Below are positions 21,129 through 33,910 of a stretch of DNA of 64,000 bases, piece after piece. The position numbers were made by a program, and so were the translations under genes. How positions within the stretch are numbered: the first letter of the stretch is position 1; every line of letters begins with the position of its first letter. The notes under the pieces were generated by a model. It saw only the letters and a program-made list of their open reading frames with translations, searched no databases and was not told where the DNA came from. Source of the stretch: Phoronis australis (Eukaryota > Animalia > Phoronida); the NCBI GenBank assembly GCA_002633005.1, contig NMRA01000609.1, positions 110,977 through 174,976 on the forward strand, read 5' to 3'.

Positions 21129-23766
21129 TAAGTGAAAATCGACTCCGGGTGTCTCGCGAGTATGCTCGAGAACTCAATTCATACACTGGCGCTCTCTAGA
21201 GTAATGAGAACATGAAAGTGGCTTCCACTAGACCGACTCGGATTTGGCGAACAGAAATTCAACTACTGCTGAGTGGTTGATTAATTTAAAAGCAGAGGAA
21301 TAAATCCCACTATTAGCCCCTCACATTGCTTAATTAGTTTATTTTAGCTTTCTGTCACCGGGTGGAATCGAAATTCTCCCGCTTTATTAGCCGCAGCCAC
21401 TGGCTTTGTCGCGTCCTCTCCACAGTTGGAAATGTACTGGAACGTGATGTCCTTCACCCATTGATTTTACCCAACGTTTGTTTTTTTTTCGGTACAGCTG
21501 CAAAAACTTTGCCGGCGTTATGTTAACAGGAAAGGTGCTAAAACGCTGTTTATAACAGTAGGTTGAAACATCCTGTCCGTATTACATGGGATCTGTAGGT
21601 GCCACTACTGAACGCCTGTCACCAAAAACCTGATCGCCGTCTGATGCGGCTATTTCGAAATTCACTAGTTGTCGTTAGGAGGGCCCTCTGTCGTTGCTAA
21701 GATACTCTACGACCAATTATTAGCCAGAATAGACCGGAGCCTAGTTTAGGTTACCTGATCACACACGAACAGATAACGTTCACCTCCAAAGGGAATTTTC
21801 AAGCTCAGTACGAAAGTACCTTAGGTCTCCCAAATGAATCGGTTGCTTAGGACTTTGACATTCGGGCCTGATAAAAGTGATTTTTGACCAACCCTGTCGA
21901 CACCGATGGCATTTTGACACTCTTTTTACTTGCCAATGCATTGAATGGTATGTTTGAGGTTGGAAATAATTTCGTAAACGTATGCTATGGAAACTTTTGA
22001 GACATGTTTTCTGTGGCAGCGTACAGGTGATTTGTAATTGACGCATTTAACGAAATAGGATGAAATGTCCTTTTAATCTGTTTTAAATGTTCGTGTGGCC
22101 TGCGTAGCCAGGCAATAGATGACTGAATACTGCGGCAACATTGTTAGAACAAAGATCCTGGTGACGTTGAGGACATTCGTCTAGGGCTTTGAGCACGTGT
22201 GTCAACTTCCGTGAGGACTCCACAACAAATAACTCGGTTGAAATCTCCGTTGTTTTCAGTAAAAAGGTTCAAGAACTGACTTGCGTATTTTAAAGACATT
22301 GATCAATCTTGCGATCATTAACAGCTTGATTCTTCATACTCGCGTTAATCTCCTTTTTAGTTGGTTTTACCAATTGCTGTTATCATCAAGTCTAATAAAT
22401 CTGTACTCCACATAATCTAATGCTTTCAGCGCTCGTTCATCACTCTATTTCTGGCGTGATAGAGACAAGCTTCTATTTCATAAGGAAACGGCAAAGGTTG
22501 GTAGTTGCCTACCGACTTGTTCAGGTTACCCGATAGACAATTTTCTGAAATAGCCACGGTAGCCCAGATGAAACTCTGCAATCCGACACGCACCAAGCCT
22601 TTTACACTGTCAGTATTTTTGTAAATAGTTACGGGTCAAAATCTGTTTGTAAACGTAGCACACGTGAAAATTAATTTAAAATAAGAACCAATAACATCGA
22701 AGAACCAATGACATCACTGCCCTTCATTTTCATTGGTTGTTTTCAACGAACGTGGACCGCAGAATTATCAGGTTAGTTTCAGCGGGCCACCAGGTTTATG
22801 TGAGATCATAGAGCTCCTGGCAGCTAACGACTGTTGATTTGATCGTACTGCTGGGACCTAATTGATGCGCGCGCGGAGTTTAGAGGGACAAAATAGGTTT
22901 TAGGGCAAGAAAATGCATGTTTGAGCTATTATTGTTGTTGTGTGGAATAGACTCGTTGAAAGTTATTAGTTTTGACCACGCTACAAAACAACAAATCCAA
23001 TGCGTTTTTGCGATTTGATTCCAAATCGCCAACTGGGTGCGATTGCTGTCCTCTTCAAGAATAACCAGGCGCCGTCTAGTCTTCCGTCCCATTTTTTTTT
23101 TTTTTTGATTCCGACCATCCTTGCATCTTTGACCCTTGCACCTTCTGTAATGCCATTCCAAGTTACAGTTCGAACTTCACCTCAACTGGTGAATCCTGTC
23201 ACTTGACGATTAGCTGGTTTCTGAGTCAACATTTACATACATGTAAGGAAAAGGATCGGGTATAAATTTTGAATATGTGGTTATACCGCACCGTTCGTCT
23301 CTATTCCATAAATGTAGGCCCAACTGTGCTAAAATGGGGTGCAAACCACGTAGGCCTGATTATAGCCAATTTGGGCTGCATTTTTTCTTGAAAATGCATT
23401 ATTTTGCATGTATGTAGCCTGGCAGGCGCAAGCACCTAACTTCGCGTTTATACAGTGCATGTATTATGTATTGAACAATAGGTTTCAATGGACATGATGT
23501 TTCTAGAGGGCGAAATGGACAACGCTGGTTTTCTGTGCAACACTTATCGACTTTGTTCCAATCGAAACCAGATCGCGCGAAACCGATGTCCCATTCTACT
23601 CTTCTCAGCATTTGTATGAGGGCACGAATAACTTTGCATGCAGTCATAAAATAACAAGCTAGTGTGTGGAAACAAGATAGTCGTGTTTGGTGACCTCATC
23701 TTTGTGAAGAAATATTTTTTCGACTTGTCACGTATAAAACTATGGAAGAAAACGGCTTACAGCGCC

Positions 23767-23921
23767 CCAGGCGTGCGTTCAGTATCGCTAGGACCTACGC
23801 TAGGGCCTAGCTAAAATCTAACCGAAGTCACGTGATCTCATTTAAAAATACATGGCAATATCTCACGTAATCTCGCAAAGTCTTGCTTTTTAGCGAGGTC
23901 CTAGCGTTACTGAACGGGAGG
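23767..23921 (-). mobile_element. About 150-bp MITE (GTTCAGTAACGCTAGGAC TIR family), copy 1
   Basis: Self-inverted ends; reverse complement of 24188-24329; further copies at 51822-51967 and 59826-59970. Confidence 0.85.
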
Positions 23922-24187
23922 CACGCATCGAGATTGTACCAAACTTTGCGGAAGGATGCAATCAACGGCCTGTGATCTAAGATCCACGGTTCGGGTCTTT
24001 GTAGCGCCCCAAACAATTAAGTTGTCGGGTTTAACGGTAGTTTTGTAGACTGAATGGGAAGTGATTGCAAGGAATGGGTTTCTGTAGTTTTTGAAGTTAT
24101 TTTGAGTAAACTGAGTCTAGAAATCTGGTCTCTGCTTTTGTCTAATCGGACACTGAAGTGCCACCATTTTCAGAGCACCCTAGTCCA

Positions 24188-24329
24188 GCCTCCCGTTCAG
24201 TAACGCTAGGACCTCGCTAAAAAGCAAGACTTCGCGAGATTACGTGAGATATTGCCGTGTATTTTGAATGAGAACACGTGACTTTCGCTAGATTTTAGCT
24301 ATGTCCTAGCGTTACTGAACGCACGCAGG
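24188..24329 (+). mobile_element. About 150-bp MITE, copy 2 (inverted relative to copy 1)
   Basis: gcctcccgttcagtaacgctaggacctcgctaaaaagcaagactt...ctagcgttactgaacgcacgc. Confidence 0.85.
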
Positions 24330-26087
24330 TAACCTTCAGACAGGTGAGGATTGTCAAAAATCTGGTTGGCAATGAAATATTTTAACTTGATTTTCTAGAA
24401 TCTAGAGTGAAAGAGCATTCGGATTATGGTCTCCTGTCTTGCACCAGGCAGTCGTGAATTTGTGATTTTAAGTAAAAATGGCCAAAATCGCACTTATCTG
24501 GTCATTTTGGAAATGATTTTCGGTGGACGTAGCGTTGAAAAAGGCAATTTTTTGTTGAATTTCTTCAAGTTGGAGAAACTCCATAGAGTGTACTCTCTGT
24601 CGGATGTGCCTTGAGACAGGCAACAAACAAGGACTTTCATTGACTACGACCAGTGATAACGTCAAAATCAACTACCCGAACTGCGGTCTTAATTCAGTAG
24701 CGTGCTAATCGCCCCAGTTTAACTTGCTGGCTTCTTTGCGTGATACCAATTTATTGTTGCGAACTACAGCTGCCATGGGCCAGAGCTGCGGGTGACTAAT
24801 TCGCTGGTGGCAGCTGTGACTACTTGTATGTAAAATGTACGTGCCATTTTGCACGTTTAATCTCAGTTCTACACTTTACATGTACATAGTCACGTGACCA
24901 CACGAATACTTCGCGCATTCTATTCACTGTTCTATTCGACCCAAGTCTCGCTTTTGTGTCCAACAAAACTGGCAAATCTCATCGAATGCTTTGAAACCAG
25001 TCTGGGTGTGAAAAAGAAATAGCATTCAACTGCATGCGAATCTATCGAGGTTGGGATTCACTGAACTGTGTAATACAGTTTCTTGCATTGGAACATGAGT
25101 ACATTCAGACGTGGCTAAAGATTGCCATGAGGAACGGGAAACAATATTGGTTCTCCCTTATTAGCGCTCCTGCCTGATTCCAGATTCATCTTGAATGAGC
25201 GCCCTTTTATGCACGAGTGTACCATAAATACAGTATGCCGTGGTACGAGCCTCAATCGTAGCGCTTGCTAATATAATTCATATTTGTAATACCAGTTACA
25301 GATCACCAATGACCCTACAGTATACATGTACGTTATCGAGCATAAATTTCAGAAATTAAGTTTCAGCTGATTTGGTCTACGTTTGGGGACCAGTCGATGA
25401 CCAGTTGTAAGAAGCAGTCCCAACAGGGACTCCACCATGTTTCCTAAATTTTGTGCTAACACTGATTGCCATTTATTCAGTTGATCTACCTTCAATTGTA
25501 CGTCAGTGAGGTTTTAGCTTGAACACATGAGCGTAAACCATCGGTTGTATTCTTAATATTTTTAAAAATGAATAGCGACTGCTTCTAGCAACGTCACGTA
25601 TTTAAGGACTTCGTCCCTATTTATTTTCTTTAAGTGTTTGAACTTCAGATATTATGTCAAAATTAAAAGAGGAATTAGCAATCAAGATGAAATGAGAGAA
25701 AACTTATATTAACTGATTATTCAAAATCTACAATTGCACTGAAGATTTAGTGAACACCTGAACGAACCAGGTGTTCTAAACTGCTGCGTCCTTGGATTGC
25801 ACCCGAGTTGTTTTTTCCAAACGTTTTTTTACAGCAAGCACAGTATCTCATCTAAAGTTCGTAGACTAGTGTTATCTTTACCAGCATGGACTAGTTCCGT
25901 CACACAGAGAACACTCTATCTAAGAGCGACAGGTTGTCTGAGCAGATCAGAAAGCTCACAAACCTCACCTGTTAAAAACTTGTCGACACAAGAAATAGTC
26001 CCAACTGTTCAATCGCTTGTCCAATCCCTTGATATACCGGAAATTTTCTCAATTTCGTATCTCGTTAGTTCTACTTACTATCACGTG

Positions 26088-26240
26088 CATACGACTTCTG
26101 TCTCATACATACGACTTCTGTCTCATACATACGACTTCTGTCTCATACATACGACTTCTGTCTCATACATACGACTAACTACCTCGTACGTACGACTTAC
26201 TACATTACTATCTCGCATACGACTTACTGTCTCGTACACA
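26088..26240. repeat. 20-bp minisatellite (catacgacttctgtctcata)n, decaying at the 3' end
   Basis: Four near-perfect units followed by degenerate ones. Confidence 0.93.
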
Positions 26241-27199
26241 CCACTTCAGTGTTTCGCACCCATGACTTTTACTTGGCGGCGGAATTACGCTGCGGTAGTA
26301 ACACCCTTCTACGGATTGAAATAAAAAGTCATTTACATTCAACAAGCGTTACACTTTGAAACACTTTGATTGAGCCTGGTGAAAATATAAACAATCATTT
26401 AGCACAATTTTTATTCCGTGTTCGCTGAGGCCAAAAGTTGACTATTGATCGATGTTCACCAGAGTATTGGAGTTTAAATATGTACCACTAAATTGTTAAT
26501 TTTTCATCACTTGCAATGTTCAGATATTTCAAAGATGTGATGGTATCGCTTGAAAGGTTCACGTTTCATTTATTCAGACAAGTGTTGTTGTTCGAGGCAA
26601 AGTGTTTTTTTCAACATCGATAAAATGCCGCGTTGGTAGCAAATTGTGTTTTTAGAATTGTCTACATGAAGATTCGTCAGCACACAGTTTATTACTTGAT
26701 AAAGGCTGGTGCATTTCTATTAAATAATACTGGTCTCATACCTATCGCGTCCAGTCGGGAGGAGGGATCAAACAACCATAATTGCAGGACGCATGCGCAT
26801 AACATGTAAGTGTGCTGAAATGGTTGGACTTGTTGCGTGAGAAGTATCAAGCGTGGCGTCGTGTCTCCAACCTGTTGCGTTCCTTCACCAAATACAAATT
26901 ATTTGTCGATGTTTCATTTTTAAATGTTGTGTTGACAACTGGGACCCAAAACAAAGTACATGTAACTGCGGTCGCACTGCTCCCAGACAAGATAAAGATG
27001 CTCCTCGAGCTTTGTTATAGTTAAAATCAGTGTAAAATTAATGTTTGCACAAGTCAGCTTTAGTAAAACATATTCTCAAACGATATCCTTTGAATATGAC
27101 ATCTTTGTTTCAAAATAGACAGAAAAAATATACAAATTTTCGTGATTCCAGATTACATTTGACCCATTAAATCCTAAACAATTTGATTATTTTCTCCAG

Positions 27200-27520
27200 A
27201 CCCCTGGAAACACTGTGTAAAATAATCTGACCGTTGTAACGCACTTAATCATATTTTGTCTGCCTCTTCATGTTCAGATTTAAGATCGACAACTTGAGCA
27301 ACTTGCCGACTAAACCGTTTTAACGGTACTTCGGTCTATCAGCCAAGGATTTGTTGCTCTGATACATTTACAATCCTCATCTTCCGCTCGCTGGTCCCCT
27401 ACGTAGCCAGCACGTATAGCGGCAAGAAGGGAACCAGCGAGCATCTTCCGCGGGTACGAGAAATGGGTCATTGCCCTGTAGTTATTTACCGTTCCCACTG
27501 GTACTTGGGGATAATTTGTA
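27200..27520 (-). pseudogene. Decayed Academ-like transposase core fragment
   Basis: With the 55-bp insert and one TSD copy removed: QGNDPFLVPAEDEDCKCIRATNPWLIDRSTVKTV*SASAQVVDLKSEHEEADKI*. This contains the L.S.HEEAD motif recalled for Academ transposases (27258-27272). Confidence 0.5.
27387..27441. mobile_element. 55-bp mini-MITE with perfect 9-bp TSD CATCTTCCG
   Basis: catcttccg|ctcgctggtcccct...agggaaccagcgag|catcttccg. Confidence 0.85.
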
Positions 27521-27738
27521 CGTAAATAGAAACGGATTTTTCCTCAGTTACTTACATTCCAAGATGCTATGCTCCCAATAGATGGCAGCCATCCCTTTTG
27601 GAGATCCGGTGAGCATAATAACTTACCCAACGGATTCTGACCGTTGCATAATTAATGGGCATTATTTTGTCAAGATTTAACGACTTATTTTAATTAAAAT
27701 TGACCCAGACCTGTCAGCAAGATTGGCATGCTAATGCA

Positions 27739-28339
27739 CTCGCTGGTTCCCTGCGTGCTTACTAGTCCACTGAGCCAGCACGCATGGTATCACGTAGTAG
27801 CATGCGCTTTAGCATTGGTCGATGTAACTTCGGCAGTCATTGGTTAGCTTTACAACACCGTGAAAAAATGGTGGACTGTGAACAATTTTTAGCCTTGTCA
27901 TGCAAGTGGCGTCGCAGCAACTATTTCGTTTCTGCAGTGATGTTAACTAGCCGCGTGCTTGAAGCACATACATGTACAATAAACACATATCTGGCCGATT
28001 TAACCGGTGTGTTATTCATACTGTATGAATACATGACACTATCGTAAACAAAAGTCATCGACAGTAGGAAGATGCATTCCGAAAAGGCCCAATCACAATG
28101 TCTAGGCTTCACATTTCCTGAACATAAATTTTAAGCACCGATTTGTCTGTACAACAGACCACAAAGTTTACACTTCAGTCCATCAGTCATGTCAGTTTGT
28201 TTGCGTGAAGCGCTACCTGTTGTGAATTCGACGAGCCAATCAGAAACGCCGGTGTAAAAATTTTTCCGAGGAAAATTAGTGATACCTGCGTGCTGGCGCG
28301 GCTACCGCCCCACCTAGCGGCACGCAGGGAACCAGTGAG
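27739..28339. mobile_element. About 600-bp MITE with the same CTCGCTGGTTCCCTGCGTGC TIR
   Basis: ctcgctggttccctgcgtgc ... gcacgcagggaaccagtgag, plus subterminal inverted block gccagcacgca.gtatcac / gtgatacctgcgtgctggc. Confidence 0.8.
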
Positions 28340-28722
28340 GCTAGTTGAGGGAGAAATTCGTTTGAGATCTTGATAAAGGAAAGAGTTGAAAATGCTTGAA
28401 AGCGACTAAAATTCGTGAACGGAGTTTATGTTTAACAATGATACCTGATTAGCCTGAGACACACATGCTGGCAGGTTAGGTTCTGACGTTTCCAGGAAAA
28501 CCCTTGTCATAATTACGATGTTTGCTTAGAACTCGCCTTTAATTAGGCCTACTCTGGGTGATCTATTCAAGTTAATGCCAAACAATGACATCGGCCGTGC
28601 ACCCGAACCAACCACACACGCTGGAACCTGGAACATGGGTCACATATCTATTAATTCCCATGCATTCAACCCCAGTCTTTGTCAGTATCCGGACTAGTCG
28701 GTCACGTTACTCATCCAGTTAA

Positions 28723-29231
28723 GGTCATGCAAGATCTTCCAAAAATGGCCAAATTTGGCAAACGTCGGAACATCATCGCTTATCGGATTCATACGAAAGT
28801 TTCAGATATCATTGTTCTCCAAAACTCTCTTAGGAATTGTTTCTCAATTTTCCATTTTTGCACAAGGAGCTATCAAAAATCGCACATGGTTTTATGAAAA
28901 AAACTCAAAAGCTGCATAAAACGAAAACGAAATGATGATTTAGAAAACTGTAACAATGTTTTTGAGAATCATCTTGAACATTTATTTCGAACAAAACTTG
29001 GTCGTATTATTGCTACCGTTCTTTTGCCACGGATTTGCCGTTCTTTTTTCTAAACTTCACTAGAAAGACCTGGTCACGTGACCCAATTAACAGCAGATCG
29101 ACATAAAGTCAAAAATCACATTTTAAAGGCATCCTACTTTCGTAAAGTGTATAGTTTTAGCGAGTTAGACTCTTCAGTTTTGTAAATATTTGGATAAACA
29201 CACGGACAAGTCGATAAGGTCTTGTGTAACC
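28723..29231. mobile_element. TTAA-flanked non-autonomous element (Kolobok-like, GG...CC termini)
   Basis: ttaa|ggtcatgcaagatc ... ggtcttgtgtaacc|ttaa; homologous to 43838-44311. Confidence 0.7.
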
Positions 29232-30869
29232 TTAAGGCTTCCGACACTGCTTCAGGTACACGGGCCTAAGAAGACACACCACTGCTACACGCGTGGTATT
29301 TGCTCCTCAGTACCCCCAGTACCCGTGGGACAAAGTAGTGAAGGAGTGCGAGCTAGGTGTCATGACCGGCTCCTTTCGTGCGCGCTCTGAGTTCTTGAAC
29401 GACGTCCTAAAAATAACATTGTTCTCTAGTATTCAGTTTGATTTTCAAACTGTCGCGCACTCACGAGAACGTCGATGGAGGCGAACGGAACTTTGAAGGA
29501 CTTTGATTGAGTGTTGTGCTCAATAAAACGTCATTAAAGGGACGTAAAGCTCAGCTACGAACATCGAAATGCATTTATCGCAATTTCTAATGCTTTTAAG
29601 CAATTAAATCAATAATGGGAAGTGATTTAATTCATGACAGTGAATACGTAATGTGTTTTCACATTGTTTTCAACTCACTGTAATGACTTCTTTGGTGGTT
29701 CAGCTTAATTAAAGTGGGCTGAAACATGTTAATAGTTCAATTTCATGTTTTTGTGGCCTGATGCCAGTATATGAAGCCGATATTTCGGTTCTTTGAAAAA
29801 CGAGAACCTCCACTCGGTTTACAGTATGATCTGTTAAAAACGTTCGTCACTTCTCTGGTTTTGTCCCATCATGCAATTCACGTTCTCCTTCTTTGGAATT
29901 GTGACATCTTGACCCCGGGTCTTGACCTCAAAATGAATCAGAAGGCCCAACAACAGTGTGAGCGCGTATCGTCTGAGGGAAGGAAGTTTGAAACTGGGTC
30001 CCAAAGAAAATATTCCTACTTGGTGCGAAGAATACGACATGAAAATTCACATGCTGTATATTTGTACAATGCAAGAATACATTGATTTTAAACTCCGGGT
30101 TGGACGTTTTTGAAAGCTATGAGATTTTTAAGTCTAATTTAGTTGAAGATACTTTTCCTTTAAAATTCATCAACTCAGGACGAGCTTCGCCAGTAGAAAG
30201 GTATCACCAATAAATATTCTGTAACTTTCAGCCCCGTTTGTGTCTGCCTTTTTTGACTGCTATATTTTCATTTACTTAAAGACAGGACGGGTTTCCGCCG
30301 GATCCTCATTACAAATGGCGGCAGTTGAGTGAGTCACCATTAGATATGAGTCAGCTGTTTTTCACTACGGCGGCCATATTAGCTGATGATGCACCTCCAC
30401 AACTTAAAATTAATCTAAAATAACATATTTTAAATTCAATTAAGTCTGGAAATATTTGGAAGTGTCGAATGAGCATTATTTAATTTGCATTTTAATCCGT
30501 TAATGAAGTTTTTAACTAAAATGAAGCAGAACGAGAGTGGTCAAAAAGTCCAAAAATGCGCAGTGATTTGTGTGAAACGTTCAGTGTATGGTGCAAAGTG
30601 TAAACTTCTTCAGTTACGCTAATGTGTATAAAAATGAATCACATTTCGCTGAAGCCCATTAATATTTATAGTAATTCCACGCATTCATTGCCAGATGACC
30701 GTCGTTATCGCGCGAAGGTTTAACAATAGAAACGAGTTTTTGAAAAACGTGCCTCTCTGTATTGTTTGACATTTAAATTTAAGAAGTAACCGTAATGTTT
30801 TATCATGGTGAGGCTGAGAAAAAACTTTCAAATGCGAAATCACTAGCTTTCCCATAAAAGTTCACCTAG

Positions 30870-32281
30870 AAAGAACAGTCATGGACGCTCTTTCGGGCGT
30901 CTCCTATTAAAGGGGCATGGAACACAAAAGCTCGTCAAAAATGTATTAAACAATTCCTGACGAAAGTAGCGTCTCGAAACGTCTGCTACAAAGTTATTCA
31001 CTTTTCCTTTTGAGAGAATTTCCAGAAAAAAATCCCAAAATTCACGATTATTTAAATACATGGTGAAAAAAACTCTGTAGTCATCACAGAGTTTCTAAAC
31101 TCCCTGTCACTTATGATAAATGTGCGCATGCGTTCACAGACAAACAGCTGACTGACAATATGGATGTATTAATGGCCGCGGGTTGTGGCGGTGGACAGGA
31201 TTGTTCATCCATGAACAACCCTGCCCATGTGGCACATACTGAGCCACAACACCACGTTCCTTACAAGATCTTTTTTATCACTTCGGCTGGTCTGCTCACT
31301 CAGCTTGTCCGGAACCTGCTTTGCAGGTTGTTATAGCCCAGTTGGCTGTTTAGTGTACCCACTTGGTACTTTATATGATATTTGCCCATTTGGCAGTTTG
31401 TACCCATTTGGTACTTGTTATTGAATTTGCCGTTTTGCTCGACCCACTTGGTAGGCAATCGGCAAATACCCATTTGATATTATGTACCCATTTGGTACTT
31501 GTTATTGAATTTGCCGTTTTGCTCGACCCACTTGGTAGGCAATCGGCAAATACCCATTTGGTATTATGTACCCATTTGGTACTATGCTAACCTGTGCCAC
31601 TTAGTATCCGATACTCAATTACACATTAGGTATCGTAAATGTGTGTGTTATCTCTTTTAATTAAGGGGCCCATCTGGTTCCTTCTGTGAAATATTCATTT
31701 GTAAAGCTGTGACCCTGAAATTCCCAATACAACCTAAAATATTAATTATTCCTGTTTTATTTGTCCCCAATAATGGCAAATTATCATATGTACTCGCACT
31801 ACGACTATGAGGTCGACCACACAGTATGAGGCAAGCCATTGAAACACGCGATGTTCCAAAAAGAATTCCAAGTGCATTAGAATACATTTGAATTCCATGA
31901 CACTTTTATTTCTAATTTTAACCACCTAGAACTTATATCAGTTGCTTCTTAATAGGACGTGGCTGCTGTCATTGCTTTTTTACATCAAAGGTAAAGGGTC
32001 ACATTTTCCATACAAGGGAAATGTGCTACATCTTTGTCTTGCCATACCAAACAAGGAGACGTGCTTTGCCTTGATGGTGAAAAATCAAAAGTGACGAGCA
32101 TTTGACAGATCGTTTTTTTTCGAAATTTGAAGCTAAAAGAAAAATGCTTCGACATCAACATAGACTCACAATTTTACGAACAAACCGTAAAAATACCTGG
32201 GGAACAGGTGAATTCTGTCTCAGTGGCAGAGAACTATTTTTACTAGTGCAATTTAGTCTGCTTTTTGCATTCCAGGTCTCT
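30870..32281. mobile_element. TTAA-terminated repeat homologous to 48020-48591, with an extra ~850-bp internal segment (about 31145-31985)
   Basis: Shared blocks ctcgtcaaaaat..aacaattcctgacgaaagta, cacattttccat..aagggaaatgtg and gaattctgt.tcagtggcagagaac; both end ...ctct|ttaa. Confidence 0.7.
31355..31585. repeat. 84-bp tandem duplication built from ACCCA(T/C)TTGGTA subrepeats
   Basis: Two near-identical 84-bp units from about 31401, plus flanking subrepeats. Confidence 0.88.
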
Positions 32282-32583
32282 TTAAAGCTCCGTTCAAAAG
32301 AGTTCAGTGCTGCGTTCCGTGAAGCAATTGCTGCGGACTGAAATTGTGAGTTTTCGACTATGAATCAACATTGCAGCCTCGCCATTTTAGTGGTGCCGTA
32401 ATAGAGGTCCTGCAAAATATCACATTTCTCGTAAGAAACTCGCTTTTCAGAACGCGCCCCAAGTCAAAGTCATTGTTCCCGTATGTAAATCCATTAGCAT
32501 TCCTAAGCGAACACTTGTAATTTACGAACCAAAAAGCGAAGGGTGGTTATGAATCCAGTTTCAGTGAAGTTCCTTCCTGGAAA

Positions 32584-33910
32584 ACCATAGAGCGTGCACG
32601 AGGGATTCTTTAAAGCGAAGTAATTCGACGTGTATAGTACTGAGTAGGGAAATTTAGTCCCGGTGCAAATATTCCACAAAATTGGTGATAAACCAGAGAT
32701 TGAAAGTGAGCAACTTGATTGAACAGTTGCTTTAAACACACTTTTTGAGACGTACAATGTCGGAAAATCAAGGAGTTTACAAACATCGTGTCTTCTACTA
32801 GGTACAGTAGCTTGATCCATACAATGGTGTCTATTTTATGGCGTTACAAGCATCGGGTATTCGACGAAATAGCTTGACCCATACACAGGTGTCTATTTTT
32901 TGGCGAGTGTCTAAGTTCTCCCGTGGAAAATAAAACGTGCCAATGCGTGATAAAAAACCGTGTTGTCGCAAATGTCACAAACACAGCGCCTTGCTGTTGT
33001 CAAAATTTCTTTTGAAAACGTAAAAATATCGAGCGACTCGTCCACAGCCACTCGAAGGCAAAAGTCGAGGGCGTGGTTTTATTCGTTCACGTTATTACGT
33101 CACTCGGTACAGCCAGCGGATAATTTGTTGTCTTTGATCTGTGCTTGCCTTCGAGAATTTTGTCGTGATCTCATTTCACACTCGGAGATCATACAGTGAT
33201 TTTTAACTCATTAACCTTGTTTCCGGTTGCAGGTTCCTTTCTTCCANACCATAGAGCGTGCACGATGGATTCTTTAAAGCGAAGTAATTCGACGTGTATA
33301 GTACTGAGTAGGGAAATTTAGTCCCGGTGCAAATATTCCACAAAATTGGTGATAAACCAGAGATTGAAAGTGAGCAACTTGATTGAACAGTTGCTTTAAA
33401 CACACTTTTTGCGACGTACAATGTCGGAAAATCAAGGAGTTTACAAACATCGTGTCTTCTACTAGGTACAGTAGCTTGATCCATACAATGGTGTCTATTT
33501 TATGGCGTTACAAGCATCGGGTATTCGACGACATAGCTTGACCCATACACAGGTGTCTATTTTTTGGCGAGTGTCTAAGTTCTCCCGTGGAAAATAAAAC
33601 GTGCCAATGCGTGATAAAAAACCGTGTTGTCGCAAATGTCACAAACACAGCGCCTTGCTGTTGTCAAAATTTCTTTTGAAAACGTAAAAATATCGAGCGA
33701 CTCGTCCACAGCCACTCGAAGGCAAAAGTCGAGGGCGTGGTTTTATTCGTTCACGTTATTACGTCACTCGGTACAGCCAGCGGATAATTTGTTGTCTTTG
33801 ATCTGTGCTTGCCTTCGAGAATTTTGTCGTGATCTCATTTCACACTCGGAGATCATACAGTGATTTTTAACTCATTAACCTTGTTTCCGGTTGCAGGTTC
33901 CTTTCTTCCA
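32584..33910. repeat. 663-bp direct duplication joined by a single N (probable assembly artefact)
   Basis: 32584-33246 vs 33248-33910, N at 33247, three substitutions seen by eye; duplicated ORFs in the track. Confidence 0.92.

Noticed and set aside
25797-26324. Longest track ORF (175 aa)
   Set aside because: Non-ATG start, kept open by a 20-bp minisatellite, no recognisable motif.
30280-32281. Single TTAA-flanked element starting at 30280
   Set aside because: The left end (AGACAGGA) does not match the right-end TIR (AGAGACCTGG), so the left boundary is unsupported.
32503-33863. Duplicated ORF pairs (MDQATVPSRR..., MLSQMSQTQR...)
   Set aside because: Produced by the N-joined duplication; no domain features.
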